From Nageia nagi (taxonomy: Eukaryota > Plantae > Pinophyta): a DNA stretch of 64,000 nucleotides. Both the position numbers and the translations under genes were made by a program. Numbering within the stretch: the first letter of the stretch is position 1; every line of letters begins with the position of its first letter. The notes beneath the pieces were generated by a model. That model ran no database searches. It saw only the letters and a program-made list of their open reading frames with translations, and was not told where the DNA came from. The stretch is taken from positions 150,536,001 through 150,600,000 of the forward strand of contig JBITNC010000001.1 in the NCBI GenBank assembly GCA_050084985.1, written 5' to 3'. Positions 1 through 15,118 of the stretch are shown here, in pieces.

Positions 1-1399
1 GACCTCCATGAGGATGTTAATAATTACCTTTTATAACATCAAGTTTTGTTTAAATACATCTTATAACTTAACAAGGATCTATTTCTTTGTTTACTTCAAA
101 GGAATATAATTGTGCTTGATATATCCCTCTTCATCTTATCGACCACCCTTATTTATTCCTCCTACTTCATCCATTAATGTGTACTTGTATTTAATCAAGT
201 CATTATTTATACTCCATATTCCCCTTAATTTCACCTACCCTTTAGTATATTTATTCCTAGTTTTGACATTTCTCAATCCAATAATAGCTTTCTCTCAACA
301 CCTTCCATCTAGATAGTCAATATTTCTTGCCCTTTACAAACTAACAAATATTGTGGCATTTTCTAAAAATACTACAATGATTTATTTATCACCTATTATA
401 TTATTCTATATTCCCTTTGATCATGTGCATATTTTCTCTATAAGACCTACCACGTTGTCTCATCCTATCTCTTAGCTCATCATTACTCTTGTTCTCCCTA
501 TAATCCTTATCCTTTCTCTATAAAAAAATCTCAAACACTCTAATATGATGATATTGCTTCAACAAATGCAAATTCAATATAAGTAAGAGATGGGTCTACT
601 TAAGGAGTGTATTAAATATGTTACATATATTATCTTAATTCCTCATTCTTATTCCCTTTTTATGACTCCCCAATTAATGCATATCATCATTAATTAGTCT
701 AATTCCCTTTAGCATTAGAATTATAAAATTATGAATATTCATAGGAAAATAATATCCAACATACCACATTCAATAATTTAAGAAAATATGTATTTATTTT
801 TCACATGATAATAAACTTCAAATTAAATTATTCCTTACAATACTTCCCGGTTATACATTTTTATAATTCCTAATACAACCATAAAATTCCAATCACAGTT
901 TCCCTTTCATTATAGATATCTTTCTAGAACACTTCAAGATTAACATTACCAAAGATAAACCTTTCTTAATAACATGTTATGAATAAAAATATAATCAATA
1001 CTTAAGTTCATCACATAATTTAGTAATAAAATCATCATAATTAGATAATACTAGTATCTTAATTTAAATATTTATAAAAATTTTCATGCTTGCTTACTTC
1101 CATAGTTAAATAAATTTATCTCTTCTCATAGAAATAATTATTTTTGTAAAATATATCATGATGTATTATACCAAGAAAATATATCTTCTAAAGTGAGTTA
1201 TCTATATGAAAATAATTTTAATACTAACAAGTTTCCTTTTAAGAAGAACCTAAGAAATGGACCAATAAAAAAACCTAATAATGAGAACAATAATATTACA
1301 AATATGGTTTCTTGAATGGTAATAATTGCAATAAGATAAGAAGAATATGGAGGTGAATGTGGGAACAATGGATACAAATAGGAGGATGCAAATAAAATA

Positions 1400-1750
1400 C
1401 AAAAGTGTGGTATGCAATTTTTCCAAGCAAGGAACCAAAAGGCTTTATTTCTCTTATAAGGAATGGTTTCCATTTTGAGATTGCTATGGCGAACCTTTCT
1501 AGGATTTGTGCCAAGTTTGTCGATAGAAGTAATGTACACATCATAGGATTGTTGCAAATTCACTCTATGATCCTAAATATGAAGAAAGATGAACCAAATC
1601 CTAGGGTTGTTGTTGAGATTGACCATTTCTTAGGTGTGATTGTAAAAGAAGGTCCACATGAATATTTTTGGTGATGATGGTAGGCATGATCACAAGTCAG
1701 AATATTTTCTATAAAAAATCCTTTAGGTTCCATTTAGGATTTTTGGGATG
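1400..1750 (+). pseudogene. Possible decayed L1-type LINE ORF1 fragment
   Basis: LSRICAKFVD...PRVVVEID weakly resembles the plant LINE ORF1 'L..IG..lG.fv..D...RI.VEvD' region; heavily degraded. Confidence 0.3.
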
Positions 1751-4700
1751 TAAAAGAATACTTCTAATAGAATTTATATGAGGTATTTTTGTACCTTTCA
1801 AAAAGCAAAGCCTCTTGATCTCAATTGTGGAGGAGAGTACAATAAATGGACTTAGCTCTCGATTTAGGGTGCTAGTAAGTGTCTACCCAAGGTCGATCAA
1901 AATATTTGGAAGTAAAAGGATAAGTGTACAAGATGATTATCCTTAGATGTCAACTAGGTTATCGGAGAAACTCATGCCTTATTAGTGTTTTAAATATCAG
2001 CCTAGTTATTATCATGATGCTACTAGAGATAGGTAATGTGAGAATGGCTTAATCACTTGCCTTGGCCATGGATGAAAAAAGCACATTTGATATCTCTAGA
2101 GGATTACTAATACAATTGGAAGCTTAGATGTTCGGTACTATCCATGGGCAAGAAATGTTTTTGGAAAATTCTATCGGATTGATGATTCGAATGGAGGCTC
2201 AGATACCCAACCTTGTCCATGGGCAGGAGAAGTTTCATTTTGAAATTAATAATTTAGTTTGATGCTTTTTTATTTTTAAATTGATTTATGATTTGTGTGG
2301 TGGCATTTTGTGTTTGATTTTAGCTTTTAGGTTGTTGTTTTTTAAATAGGGTCTTCCTTGGTAATTTTATCATTAGATTATTTTAGTTTTAAGTATATTG
2401 AATAATTTGATATAAATGGAAAAGGTATGGGGTCCTTCCAAAATTCTAGTTTCTATCACTAATTAAAAAAATATGATTTCCAATATACAATAAGAGATAA
2501 ATTTCTATAATTATGAGGGAGAAAATAAAACTTACATGTTCAATCATAGACTTAAAGATATAATGGATCAATTACTACAAACAAAATTCATTAGTTTTAT
2601 AAACTAAGATCAATTGACCTATCTAAAGAAACCTTTTTTTTTGGTACAAAAGCATTGATTTTTGTGAATTTTGTAGAATTAAAAGATATGACACAAAATT
2701 ATTCTTGCACTTACAGAATGATATTGATGATGTTATTGAAAAGAAAATAATTACCATTGATAATAAAAATAATAATGATTCACATTTATGTTGAACACCT
2801 CCAAATCAAAACTCATAAATTTTCAAAAATAATTTTCCCATCCATAAAATCAATTTTCTTTTAAAAAAATGATAAAAATAATGGATTCATTGTTGGGATG
2901 ATAGACAAATAATCAACATCTTACTCATTGAACATAAACATTACATTTCATGATGATGAGATCATGGATGATATTGACACTCATCCACTTTTCATAAAAG
3001 CAAATGTTGACTTAAGGAATAACACTATGATTGATAATGGATTTTAACTTAATATATGCAATGAATGAATATGAAAGAGATAATGAGTAAATCAAATCCT
3101 TCAATAACATTGCTCATAATATTATAGGCAATATTACAATTAGAATCTTAGTAAGACCTTAAAATATAGTTTCATCATTTTATGTAGTTAAGAATTTACT
3201 ATTTAATATGCTCATATGAGGATCTTGGTTGTATTAAATAAAGGTAATCACATCAATCATTCACTAATGTCTCAATTTCATTCATATAGAGAAAATAATT
3301 ACAATTAAAGACATAAAATTAGTATTATAAAATTCAACTAAAACAAAACTAAATATTATCATAACAACTTAAAAGTAATAATAACCCAAGACCAAAAATC
3401 AAACTCAAAAATAATGTTATAAACAAAATATAATAAGAAGATAAAAATATTCTTTATAAAATACCACAATGATAATATGATTTTTATGCTAATTATTTTT
3501 ATTATAATTATTACATAATAGGTTACATGTGTGTAATTATAGGAGTTATACATTTAGTTTGTTAATTTGTTTTATGTATTGTCATTTCTTTATGACTAAT
3601 AGTTGATACATGGATGTTGCAATAGTTTGGATGTATAAACATATGCCATCCATAATGAAATTATCATCCCAGTATTTAGAAATCTCACATGGTATCAAAG
3701 GAAGATAAAGTGTAGATATGGATTGGTGAGATTATTCTCCCACCTAATTATATGAAAATTATTGTAAAATTGGTTCCTTTTAGAAAAGGTAGATATTGAT
3801 CTACATATTATATTCCTTTTTTGTACATATTATTTATTTTTTAATGTTGAGATGAGGTTGTATTTTCTAGAGAACAATCTCATATCATATATGCCCATAA
3901 TCAAAACTTTTGGTGATAGAGGGAAGGGTGCATTCTTGGATCCACATCCTATGTGTTGCTAAATCTAATGTGAAAGCACTTGCAGGGCCCAAAAATCAAA
4001 ACAATATAAAGAGATATCCATGATCATGGGTGGCACATGGAGGAGTCTCGAAAAAGTAGATGGTGATGAATCTGTAGGATGGAAAACAAGCATTATGGCT
4101 AAAGTTTAATGATAATATTTCATACACAACATTGGTGCAACTACATAAGTAGAGTCAAGCAAGATCTGTAGGGTAATAGAATAACATCCACCTAATAATT
4201 GTTTTATACCAATAAAATTTAATTGACATCATAAAGAGCATAAGTTCAATGATTGGAGAAGTCAATGATATGTAAAACCTAGTTTCCTATAGCATTCTTG
4301 ATTCATCACATATAAATTAATAATGAAATGCTTGATATTTCAATTTGAGAGAACTAGTAATGTGAATTTTGAGATTTTTCAACGATTATATTCAACATAG
4401 AATATTGCCAATTCCAAGAGTAAAGTGTGAACAAGGAAACATCACCAGAAGAGGAAGCTAATTATTTACCTTGGAGAAATACAATGTGGGAAAAAATCCA
4501 TCTCAAAAGCTCCCTTGTGTTCAACAATGAAGAAGTATACAATTTTAGTCTCCTCTAAAGGCTCTCTCAAATATCACTCATAAGAATAATAATGCTTCCA
4601 TAAGCATCAATATAAGTATCTCATAATTCTCCATCCACCAACAATATGACTTGTAATATCTCTTTTTCACAACCCAAAAAAAATCACTATTCTTTTATTC

Positions 4701-6299
4701 ACACTCTCTTTTCTCATGTTCAAGTATCGTCTCTTAATAATCCCCTTTCATAGTATCTTTTTATGTATTTTGAAGGATCTATGCAATAATAATAATGGTT
4801 ACAATAATATTTTGGCTTCACACTCTATAGGCAATAATTTAGTTTTTGTTAGGAACCAATATACAACCCCCTTTGTATCTATCTCCGAAATAAACACAAA
4901 AATAACTCCTTGGAAAATATAGGGGCAAAAACACAATGTTACAATAACCATCTACAAGTTTACAAACAATAACAAACATTCAAAAATATTATGCCTAATC
5001 TAAATAGGATGGCTCTAATCACCAAGCTACATGTGTTTGTCACAAGATATAAAAAGGATAAAAAGATATGCTTATTGTAGATAGGTAGTCAATATTCCAT
5101 GCTTATTGGTAATAAACCAACATTTAATATTCATTGGTGAAGAGTGAAATCTTATATGCACCATCCATATAGGTGACATATTCCAAGGTGCCTTTCTCCA
5201 TGCTCTATGTACACTAAGGTATCCATGGTGGTTATTGATGTATCCCCTTCACATTATCACCTCCTCTATGTTGTCTCCACGTACATAGGCTCCTTACATG
5301 GTCCTTTAGGTTGCCACACTATCTTCATGTGGTTTGTTTGCCAAACAGGTCCACTTACTTCTTACATGGTGGCACTGATTACCTATGTACTACACAGGCT
5401 TCCCAAGTATATGTGATGTGCCCCTTTTGACTGACATTCGACCAACTATGTGCGCACCTGCTTGGTAATTGGGCCCCACTAAAATATGATGGTAAATTAA
5501 TAAATATTTATTTATTTATTACTTTTTTGTATTTTTCTTCCTTTTAATTGAAAATTACACAAACTTCAAACCTTCATAAATCACAAATTGAGAGCATATT
5601 TTGCTTGTCATTCAAATCGTTAGAGGGCTGGAAGAGAGTAGAATATAATAAGAATATCATTTTTCTGAATTGATATGATCTAATTTTGGATTATTAGGAA
5701 ATATTTCAATTGATGAAGATCCATATATGATGGCAAGAGGTTTCCAACGTTGGTAGTCATGTAGAAATTTTTTAAACTCAAGTGTATCTCCATGAGTTTA
5801 ACGAGAACCAAAATAACATGAGGAGAATTGGCAGCAAACTGCCAAGTTTGAATTGATAAGGATGATAAAGCTCAATAGAGGAATGATGAAGTCGAGGTAT
5901 AAATGTTGCCTTAAAATTAATGATCACAATCTTTCAAACAACACCTTAAACATGAATACACATAGTAAGTTGGTGAGTTTCCAAGTTGATGTCTTTTGCA
6001 GGGTTCGTTATATTTGTTGGTCGATATATTTATATATGATAAATGTCATCATAGATGGGGTTCACCCTATTTATGTGGAATCGGTATTATTTACAATATT
6101 TTATTATTATGAGTGAGACATTTTAGGTTATTTAATACTCATCAAGGTCTATAGGCATCCTTAAGTAGGATCTCCTATGGATATGGAGGAAAAAATATCT
6201 ATCACACCTATACCCTTAAAATCTATGGGCTTAAATCCATCTTGTTCCTCTTGCCTCATTGGTGGTGTATCCTTAATACCTTTCCCATCCTAGGGGACC

Positions 6300-6800
6300 T
6301 CATTAAAAATTAATACAATAGGGGTAGGCCATGATGTGATTTATTACCACACATAGTATATATTGCATGTCGACATGCATAATCATATCCTTGGTGATAA
6401 AGCCTAGGATAGTCTAAAAGTTCAATCTTTTCTCATTAAGAAGAATACAACAATGATGATACTTATCAAAATAAGCCAAATCTAAGGTATCTTGGAGCAT
6501 TGCATCATAAAATCGTCCTTGATAAAACATTCCTAAGTAGGCCACTTGAATGCTTGGATACCCATCAACCAAGTATCCTTCTACCTAATCTTATGATTAC
6601 TTATATGATCTTGTAAGATGATAAACCTCCCTCAAATTAGTTTTATAATTTGGTATATATCATTCGATGTCATTATTATCTCCCTTAAAAGACTTTAATA
6701 TTGTTGGTGTTAATCTCTCACCTTCAACCAACATATTAAAAAAGGAAATAGTCCCTACCACTTAAGAAAGTCAAACATGCAGATGAGCCTTATGGTCATC
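6300..6800 (-). pseudogene. Possible decayed plant mobile domain (PMD) relic of a transposon
   Basis: Minus-strand REIIMTSNDIYQIIKL (about 6640-6686) resembles the PMD motif GEMTITLEDVxxILxL; the surrounding frames are full of stops. Confidence 0.3.
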
Positions 6801-8101
6801 AATAGAACATAATCCTTATATAATAATGTGAACCTATGGATTGATGTATGCACATCCTATTGATGAGCTTGGATAACAATCATGTTCTCGTGGTTTGTAA
6901 CAAATGAATAAAACATATATCAATATCTTAGATAAGCACATTAAAATAATAAAAATATCATGACTAATAATGAAAAATATGGTACTACCACCATGATCTT
7001 CATGCATAAATACAAATTTTAAGGTAGAAATTGCAATGCTACTTAAGAAATATAATTAAAATACTTAAAGTTGATTTTACCCCTACTATTTACAGTAATG
7101 TCATAATCTTATCCCTTTTTCTTAGCCATCTTTTCCTCATTTTTGAGTTATTGGAGATACCCTTTACTCTCTTTACCTTGAGGTGGCATCATACCTCCCT
7201 TTGTTAGTTGCTTAATTTTTCTCCCCTTCTTTGCTTCATTAGTTTTTTTAAAGATATCTATTGTTATACTCTTAGCATCATGCACCTTAAGAAGGGTAAA
7301 ACGTAAATGACTAAAATAATGATACGACTATTTTATCTATCAACCTTCCTTCTCCTCCCTTGCCGATTATCCTTAAGAGCCATTTTACCCATGGTTGCAT
7401 AATTTCTTAGATCGATCCCTGTACTACATTTTGAGAACCATGGATTGTTAGACAAAATGGACCAAACATGACACCCTTGTATGTCACCTTATGGATCCAA
7501 ACATACATCCTTATCTTAGTAAACTTTCATCTTAAAAACTATTGGCACTCCTAGCATCATTGTAACTCTCTTTCTTGTTTAAATTCAAAATTTTAAAGAA
7601 ACAAAAATAGAGCTTTGTTCAATCTTGTTGATTTACCAAATCTAAATCATTTCAAAGTATACGTTATCCTATTAATATCATTTTAGTATACATATCAAAG
7701 ATAAATAAATATATTGAAATAAGATAGAAATTTCGTTATAATCATCTACACATCTAATGTTTGATGTTTGACTAATACAATTTTGATTTATTACAAACCA
7801 TTAACTTTAATCTAACATTCTTTCACAATTATTTTTATAATTTTAATTTGATAACATTTATTTATTAATTACTATGGAGAAGGGTTCAATCCCTTTTACT
7901 GCATCAAAAGAGATCCCTCTTCTACAAAAGTTGAAGTAAAATTTAAGTTACCATTAGTTCCAAAAATTAGAAATACCATGACGTCCCACAAAGTAAGTTC
8001 AGTTAAACACAGGACAGTCGAACTTCCATGGATTGTCAGCAATGTTTCAGTCCGAGATAGAGGAGGAAACAATGCGTTTTGATTGAAAGAAATTTCAAAC
8101 A

Positions 8102-8365
8102 ATGGAAGGGTTAAGCTCAGCCTTTCTCAGTACAAAGCACTTTCACTCAACATTGAAACCAATGCTGAGATTAGCAACTGGGCACACGCATTCACAGATT
8201 CCATACCAACTACAACAAAGGCATTTGTATACAGTACAGATGCCATTCTTATGTAGAGCCCATTCAAATTCAGATGGCAGCAGTAATGAGGAAAAAGGAC
8301 GCCTACACTTTGTGGGAATTGGTGGAAGCGGACTTTCAGCCCTTGCCTTGCTAGCCTTGAAACAA
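8102..8365 (+). CDS. MurC: MurC exon 1 (transit peptide plus GxGGxG dinucleotide-binding motif)
   Basis: ATG at 8102; 88 codons; Ser/Thr/His-rich, acid-poor N-terminus ending ...FLCRA; HFVGIGGSGLSALA; donor CAA|GTAAG at 8366. Confidence 0.93.
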
Positions 8366-11300
8366 GTAAGCCACTTAAGAGAGATTTTACTCTTTCCATC
8401 TTTGCATTAACTTCTTCTTAGCAATGCCGCCAAATCAAATGTTGCAATCGATTCTTTTCTGTGCCTTTCAATTGAATAATGGAAGCAACCTACAAGCTAT
8501 ACTATTAAATAAAATGCATATTTGCATATACAAGCTTTTGTAAACCCCTTATCTGTGTTTGTATAGATAACGTTCTTAGTTGAGATTGGTACATAAGAAT
8601 ATGATTAGTGTTGGATTTCAAATGCCTGCTTGATCTCGTAAATTAATTCTTGATTTGTAGCATCAGCTTCTTTTCAGACTGCTGCCTTACTGAATCCTTA
8701 TTTAGTTGTTAGAACTGAAATATACAGAGGTAACCCAAAACTGCATAAGAGATCTCCAGTTAGATACACCAACAGGATGTGTATTTAGCAACGTTTATGA
8801 TGGTAGTAGGATTCACTCTAAGGCAGAGAATTGAGATGTTTTACAGATTAGGGGAGTTATTGAACCCTTGGGGATGAAGTTACATAGTGCTGAGATTTGG
8901 GGTATGGGCTGAGGAGACTCTAGCCACTATACTCCAATTGTTGAATTGATGTAGGTTACGAGGCAGAATGGTGGATGCCATAGATGGAATGGCATTTTCT
9001 GTTTATTTAAATTTTATTTAAGAGAAAATATTAGGTAGGCTTTGTATTACCTGATTGCAATGGTTATGTTATGGCGGGAGCTTCTTGAGGAAGTTGAAAA
9101 TGTCCCCGAGGAAATCCCGACCTGGAGAGAATTCAAGAAATGCAGCAGCATTCAGTTTCTTGGCAACTTCGACTTTGAGGAAAAGAAGCATTAGTTGAAT
9201 CAAAGCAAGTATCTATGATGGTAGGTAAATATCAGCAAAAGATTGTTGAGTTGGTTAAGTGCACTATCAGGAGAAGAGAAGAAATCCATGTAAATAATTT
9301 TAAGTCGAAATTGAAAGAACATGTAAGAAATAGAGTGAAGATCTTCATGTCCAAACCTTTTTTGAGGCAATGGAAAAACATCCTTTTTTGGAAAGGTGTG
9401 GTTCAAAGAAGCAATCATTAGGCAAACTCAGATAAAACATAAAAGATACAAGGGAAGGCGATATTTTGAAAAATAAAAAAAAACTATCCATGGATATGAG
9501 TGATAGGGGCCGTATTGTCAGCAATGAACAGGCACAGAATAATTATTACTAATTGAGAAGGGTTTAATGTTTCAAATGTAGCGATTTGGGTCGTTATGCT
9601 ACATATTTTACAGGAAATGCTTTGAAGTGGATTTCTTGGGTACTATAGCGTAGTGGTAGAGTTGCTTCAGATTGTGATTATAGAATTGGAAGTGCAGTTT
9701 GGGTTTTGAATCTTTTTTATTAATATAGGTGGCAACCACAATTTTTTGATCCCCTTTATAGTCGCTAAGTGTAAGCTACAAGCTAGCAAGCTCCAAGAAT
9801 GCTAGAAGGTGCAGTTAGCAATTGGAGCTAAGAAAATAATTGTTCTTGGAGTTCCAGACTGTAAGGTAAATTTTGGTAATTGAAAACGTAATGTTGCACT
9901 GCATGTAAGAAAACTTTAGTTATGATGACCTCCTTTGGCAAGAACGGCTCCAGACTTGTAATGGAAGGTTGATTTTTCACATTAGCCAGTAGATTGTGTA
10001 GATAACTATAAAGGAGTTTGTGGATTCAAGATGCCATTGGCAATCAAACAGATGTCAACTATCCGTGCAAATAATTGTTTAAGAAAGGGATGGAAAGACT
10101 TGTTTGATTCCTAGTAATTTGTGCAAACTGCCTCTAGTGGAAGGGTGCAAAATGTCTTCCCAGATGACTTTCTATGTCTATATTTTGCCGTGGAAATGAA
10201 ACATAAAATTGCATACTTTTGTAATTGAATCAACATCCAAGTCATCTTGCCTGTTTAGCATTAGTGAACTATGTTAAAGGAGTTGCTGGAAAAAGATACA
10301 TAAGACCAATTGTGTTGACCTGGGTAGCACAAGTTTTAATTGTAAACAAGAAGAATGAGACAATGTACATGTGCATTAATTATTACATATTTGAGAATGT
10401 CATGGTAGCTTCTATCCTTTTCCCAAGATAGACGACTCTGATTGGCTTAGAGGAGCTTAATTTTTACCACAATTAATTTAAAGTATAGCCATCGTCAAAT
10501 AAAACAGAGAGGATGTTTGTAGACAACCTTTCAACTCTGATATGGCCATCACTATTTGAAATTCCTCATTTAACCTTTTGGATTAGCTAACTATCCAGCT
10601 GTGTTTATACAGCTTTTGAATGATATGTTGCAACATTATATGGACAAATTGCTGAGATCCTAATGTATTACAGGAGTCAGGTATACCATGGGTTTAATTA
10701 TTTTTCTAAGTCAATAGCACAAAAAATTAGACATATTAATCAGAAGATATGCTAGAATTCACATCCAATGGTAATGTCACAATAGAGAGTGGGAAAGTAA
10801 TGAAGAGATGAATAATGACGATAAGAAATATAAATGATTTCGGAAGCAACGCCACTTTGCAGAGGAAACCTCCCAATATAATATTCTCATAATAGTTCCA
10901 CTTCAATAATTCCAAATGAAGTCTGTTCTTATATATATTGAATATACCATAATTAAATTAGGGCAACCCATAACATCTAATTAGGCTAACCAATCAAGAA
11001 AAAGAAAGCATGGGAAATATCTAGAAAATTCATTTCCAGTTATGCAACCCTCAAGTTAATTGCTCCATACCTCAATCATGCATAACAAGGATAGTGATAC
11101 ATAAGGTTTAGAGTTCTAACATGCTTTTGACGATGAAAATGTGTTGGCCTTAATGATTGAGGGAAGACAATTGTTCCACATGAATTTTTCATGCTTCAAT
11201 GTAGAATCTTTAGTCGGTATCTTCTTCTACATGATGTGATGTACAATGATTGCCTTGTTAAGCAATTGTAGCCACATTTAGCATTTGCTATATCCAATAT

Positions 11301-12192
11301 TATGATATTGCATATATAAATGGCACATAAGGTCTAAGCAGGGATTTTAGTGGCCCCTTTGATCCATCTTACTTCCCTTACCCCTGTGTCATGACGCTCA
11401 CTTGTCCCTCTTCATTTGTCATTGGGCCCAAGCATTTTCAGCGATCTCCTATACAGCACTCTTTGTAACTCTTTGAATTCAAGTGATCATCTCAAGCAAG
11501 ATCTTCACTATTATTTCGTCTGCTGCAACCTTCTGGTGTGTACAAGGTCTTAGGATTTCTGATCATCTCTTGTTGCTTTGCTTGTCATCATTCATCTGCA
11601 TGATCACTATCTTCCTTGGCAAGCAGCATTACTTATCATCTTAAAGAATTCAACTCTAACATTTCAAATTAGAGCAATTAAACCTAGTTAGAACACAAGT
11701 TGTAGTTATTCCATCGCATTTTCATTTCAGGGCTTAGCAAATTTTTGACAACTAATCTTAGCACTTCATTTTAACTTATTTAGTACTTACAGATTATCAA
11801 GGTGTTATGTATTTCTGTTGTCTATCTGTGTTGTTGGTATATGGCTTTGGTTGGTCAGATTAGGATCTCAGTACTGACCATTGAGAGGAAATAACCTTGC
11901 AATAACAAGATTGTTTATGATGCCATGGCATCGTTCACACTGTAACAGGATTTTGTAAGTCAGATTCAACCTTCAGGAAAATAGTCTGGCTCTTCTTATC
12001 TCTTTGTTACTGTTCTGTTGCTTTGTACATTTGTCTGCTGCATTATCTTTTTTAAATTAGTTTTTCATTATCAGTAGGTTTGAACTTTAAATATTCTATC
12101 CCTATATTGCTTGGGTGGTCTTTTCTTTTTAGCAAAACTTTAGTTGGCTTTGCATCTGTTATTAGTTGTAATTTGAAATTTTAATCATAAAA

Positions 12193-13680
12193 TGTATTAT
12201 CCCCAAAAATTCTCAAGTGCAAATTAGCTACATAAAATACTTCAAAACATCCAAACTAGCCTTCAAGCATGCCACGTCTGATCGAGGGCATCAAATACAT
12301 GAAAAATCAATCCAGGAATGCCAACATAATACACCAACGCTAATATACTATGCCAAATACGTCCAGATATGCCAATGTTGCATTACACAAGTACAAACAT
12401 ACAAAATAGCTCAACGTGGGGAATATAGAAGCATGAACATCACACAATGAGACTATTATTGAGATCCAAAGGTGCCCACGGCTGCATTAATGATGAAAAT
12501 AGTGAATGATACAATACCAAGCCCAAAGGGCTCAACATTGGCCTCCAAGGAGCCAACTAGAGCACATGCAGTGCTGAGATAGACGTTGAAACTAGGGTAG
12601 AACAGCCACCTCCTACTAGTGTTGTGTATGCCTCATTGAAAGGCTCCCTCACAAACTAGCTCCCGATGAAGAGAACGGGTGTGGTTCCGGAATGCCACTG
12701 GATGGATTGAAAGATGAAGATCGCTTGTGGATGCCTCATTGTAGGGCAACCTCACTCCCATGAACAACACCTCAACTGTGTAAGACAAAAGGTGTTCTAA
12801 GCCTCCTGCGCTCTCCTTGTGCGCTGCGCTCAAGGGTGCTTGACACCACCGAGAATTTGGTAGCTCCGAAGAGAAGGGTTTCAATATCAAATTTAGTCTA
12901 TCTTTGCAATGATGTGAATCTCCTTTATATAACAATCCCTGGATCTGGATCTCAACTAGAAATCATCACTCCAACCTCTGAGTCCATCATTAGAGGCCCT
13001 CAAATGCCCAAACGTGGGGTTAGATGTGTCCTAGGTATCATACATATGCCAACGCTGCCTAGGGATGTCAATAATCCTATTTAATTATAAGATCCAATGG
13101 CTAGATATGCAATGCCTCATTATTGGAGACTAATATTGTATTTACAATTATTAATTGCCTTGGAATCATTTATTACAACTCGTACAAGTGGTCCTCATAA
13201 AACATACTAAATCTACTCTTAATTACCAAGCTCACACCTAAATACAATCCATAACTAACTCACATCCCAAGGAGTGGGACGTCACATTTCAAGGGGTCAA
13301 TATGGAGATGTTTTTGGATTTCCGTGAGCGGTCGCAATATGGAAGACTGGTCCAATTGGCAAACTTCAAGAGGCCATAACTCTTTCGTTTCCTGATGAAA
13401 CCATGTCGTGTAACCTGTCAAAATATTTCCCACGAGATGCCCTATCCAATGAACAAATCAAATCAACTCTCAAAGACCTGTGGTGAACTCTATCCTCAAA
13501 TAATTCATCCTAAGCTTGGGAGGAAGATGTCCCACTTTGGGGCTCACCATGTGGGTCCATAGGACCATAATATTCTATCCCAAAGAATTAGCAACAAATA
13601 CATGAACAACTAAAATATTTACAAAAGGGAATCCTTAGGATTCCAAAATTGTTTATTTTTTAGAAAAAGGGGATGTTACA
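12193..13680 (-). mobile_element. Solo LTR (1488 bp) of the local Ty3/gypsy chromovirus family
   Basis: TGTA...TACA termini; perfect 5-bp TSD TAAAA (12188-12192 and 13681-13685); shares CTCAAGTGCAAATTAGC, GGAGCCAACTAG and CCCACTT.GGGCTCAC blocks with the LTRs at 20840-41331. Confidence 0.9.
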
Positions 13681-14270
13681 TAAAATTCAGTCTCAAATCC
13701 TAGATAACGTATATATGTTCATAGGTATGTTGCAAATCTGATACGGTTTGAATGTGGCCTTAGGATATAGTTAACCTACATTCATCAATTACTTCATTTA
13801 TCAATCAGTTGGTGCTTTTAGTTTCAATATCACCTTTCCTTAATTTTCCAGATCTGGAAGTTTTCTCTATATTGGAATTTGATGACCTTAAACCCTTTTT
13901 GGATAGGATAAATAGAACAAAAGTGAGCCTTAAACGGATGGAGGTAGCTCTACATTGTAAGCCAAATTGTCAAAATTGTGTATCATTCAAGAACTCTAAA
14001 GTTGTATGACATGTTTTGATCCTTTGTTTTTTCAATAATTGTTTGTAGGGTTGTAATTGGAGAGCCATAGTCTTGCACAGAAAACTAATGTTTATTTCTT
14101 GTGCTGATCTGCTTGTTGCTTCATCCACTTTTGAGGCATTATTGAATTCTTTCCCGAGGATTCAAAACTATGTAAAAGGGAGTTCTCTTAGTTAATAAAT
14201 AATTTGTAAGGAATCCCTTGTTATATCATAAGGGAAAAAGCTTAAGCCTTTGGGATTGTCATAAAAAATA

Positions 14271-15118
14271 CTAAGTTACCAGGTTCACCTATGCAAGCCT
14301 CGGGTTTGGGTCCAGTTCGTCTTGGGTTCGGGTCCAGTTCGCTTATGCGTTCGGAAAAATCCTCCCCGATTTGCCCCAGGAGAACCTAGAGAGAACCCAA
14401 GAGAACCTAGAGAGAACTCAAGAGAATCCAGATAGAACCCAAGGAGGAAAGGGAGATATTTTGCACTTTTTTAGTGTTTTTTATTTGACTTTGACCAATT
14501 CCACCTTGTAAACCCTAAAAGTTACATGAAACCTTTAAACTACTTCATTCTTGTTCATTTCTCTTGCAAACAACAAATTTTATTCCAAGGGGCTGAGCAT
14601 TGGTTTTTTCTTGTCAAATCAACAAAGGAAGTTGAAGAGTGATCCTTGAAGCTTCTACAAGGATTATATTGCCATTCCTACTCATTTACAAATGTTCATC
14701 TAATATTTCTACTCATTTGCACTAGTTGTGGTTCATCTAATATTCCTACATCATCTAATGTCAATGATGATCACGACATTGCTGATTTAGAAAATCCACT
14801 TGATGATTAAACTAGTTGCTGAACTTGATATTATTATTTTGATATTGAACTTTAAGTTTGAACGATGAATATTTAATATTTATCATGCATGTATGATGTT
14901 TTAAATGACATTCAAGTTTATGGTTGTTTTGTTGTTTATATGATTCTATGTGATACTCTAATCTTAACTTCATGCTTCTAGGCTGCACATATATAAAAAA
15001 TTATGATTTTTAAATATCGTTTGTATGGACGAACCCAAACAAACTGAACCCCCCAAAAAACACTTTAACTGAATTGGTGTACCGGATCACCGAACCGGAA
15101 CCGGAACTGGTAACTTAG
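14271..15118. mobile_element. Non-autonomous hAT-type DNA transposon / MITE (848 bp)
   Basis: 12-bp TIR CTAAGTTACCAG...CTGGTAACTTAG; perfect 8-bp TSD AAAAAATA; subterminal GGTTCG/CGAACC motifs. Confidence 0.9.

Noticed and set aside
1-7900. Short ORFs and possible MULE/LINE relics upstream of MurC
   Set aside because: AT-rich and heavily decayed; apart from two weak motif hits I could not define boundaries, TIRs or TSDs
8102-8410. MurC as bacterial contamination or recent HGT; single-exon 102-aa ORF
   Set aside because: Spliceosomal introns, a transit-peptide-like leader and plant TEs show a resident nuclear gene; the ORF tail after KQ is intron read-through
10730-11680. Possible old LTR fragments (TGTTGG at 11142 ... 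CTAACA at 11661 followed by a PBS-like AATTAGAGC)
   Set aside because: No TSD or partner LTR, and the PBS is too degenerate to support a call
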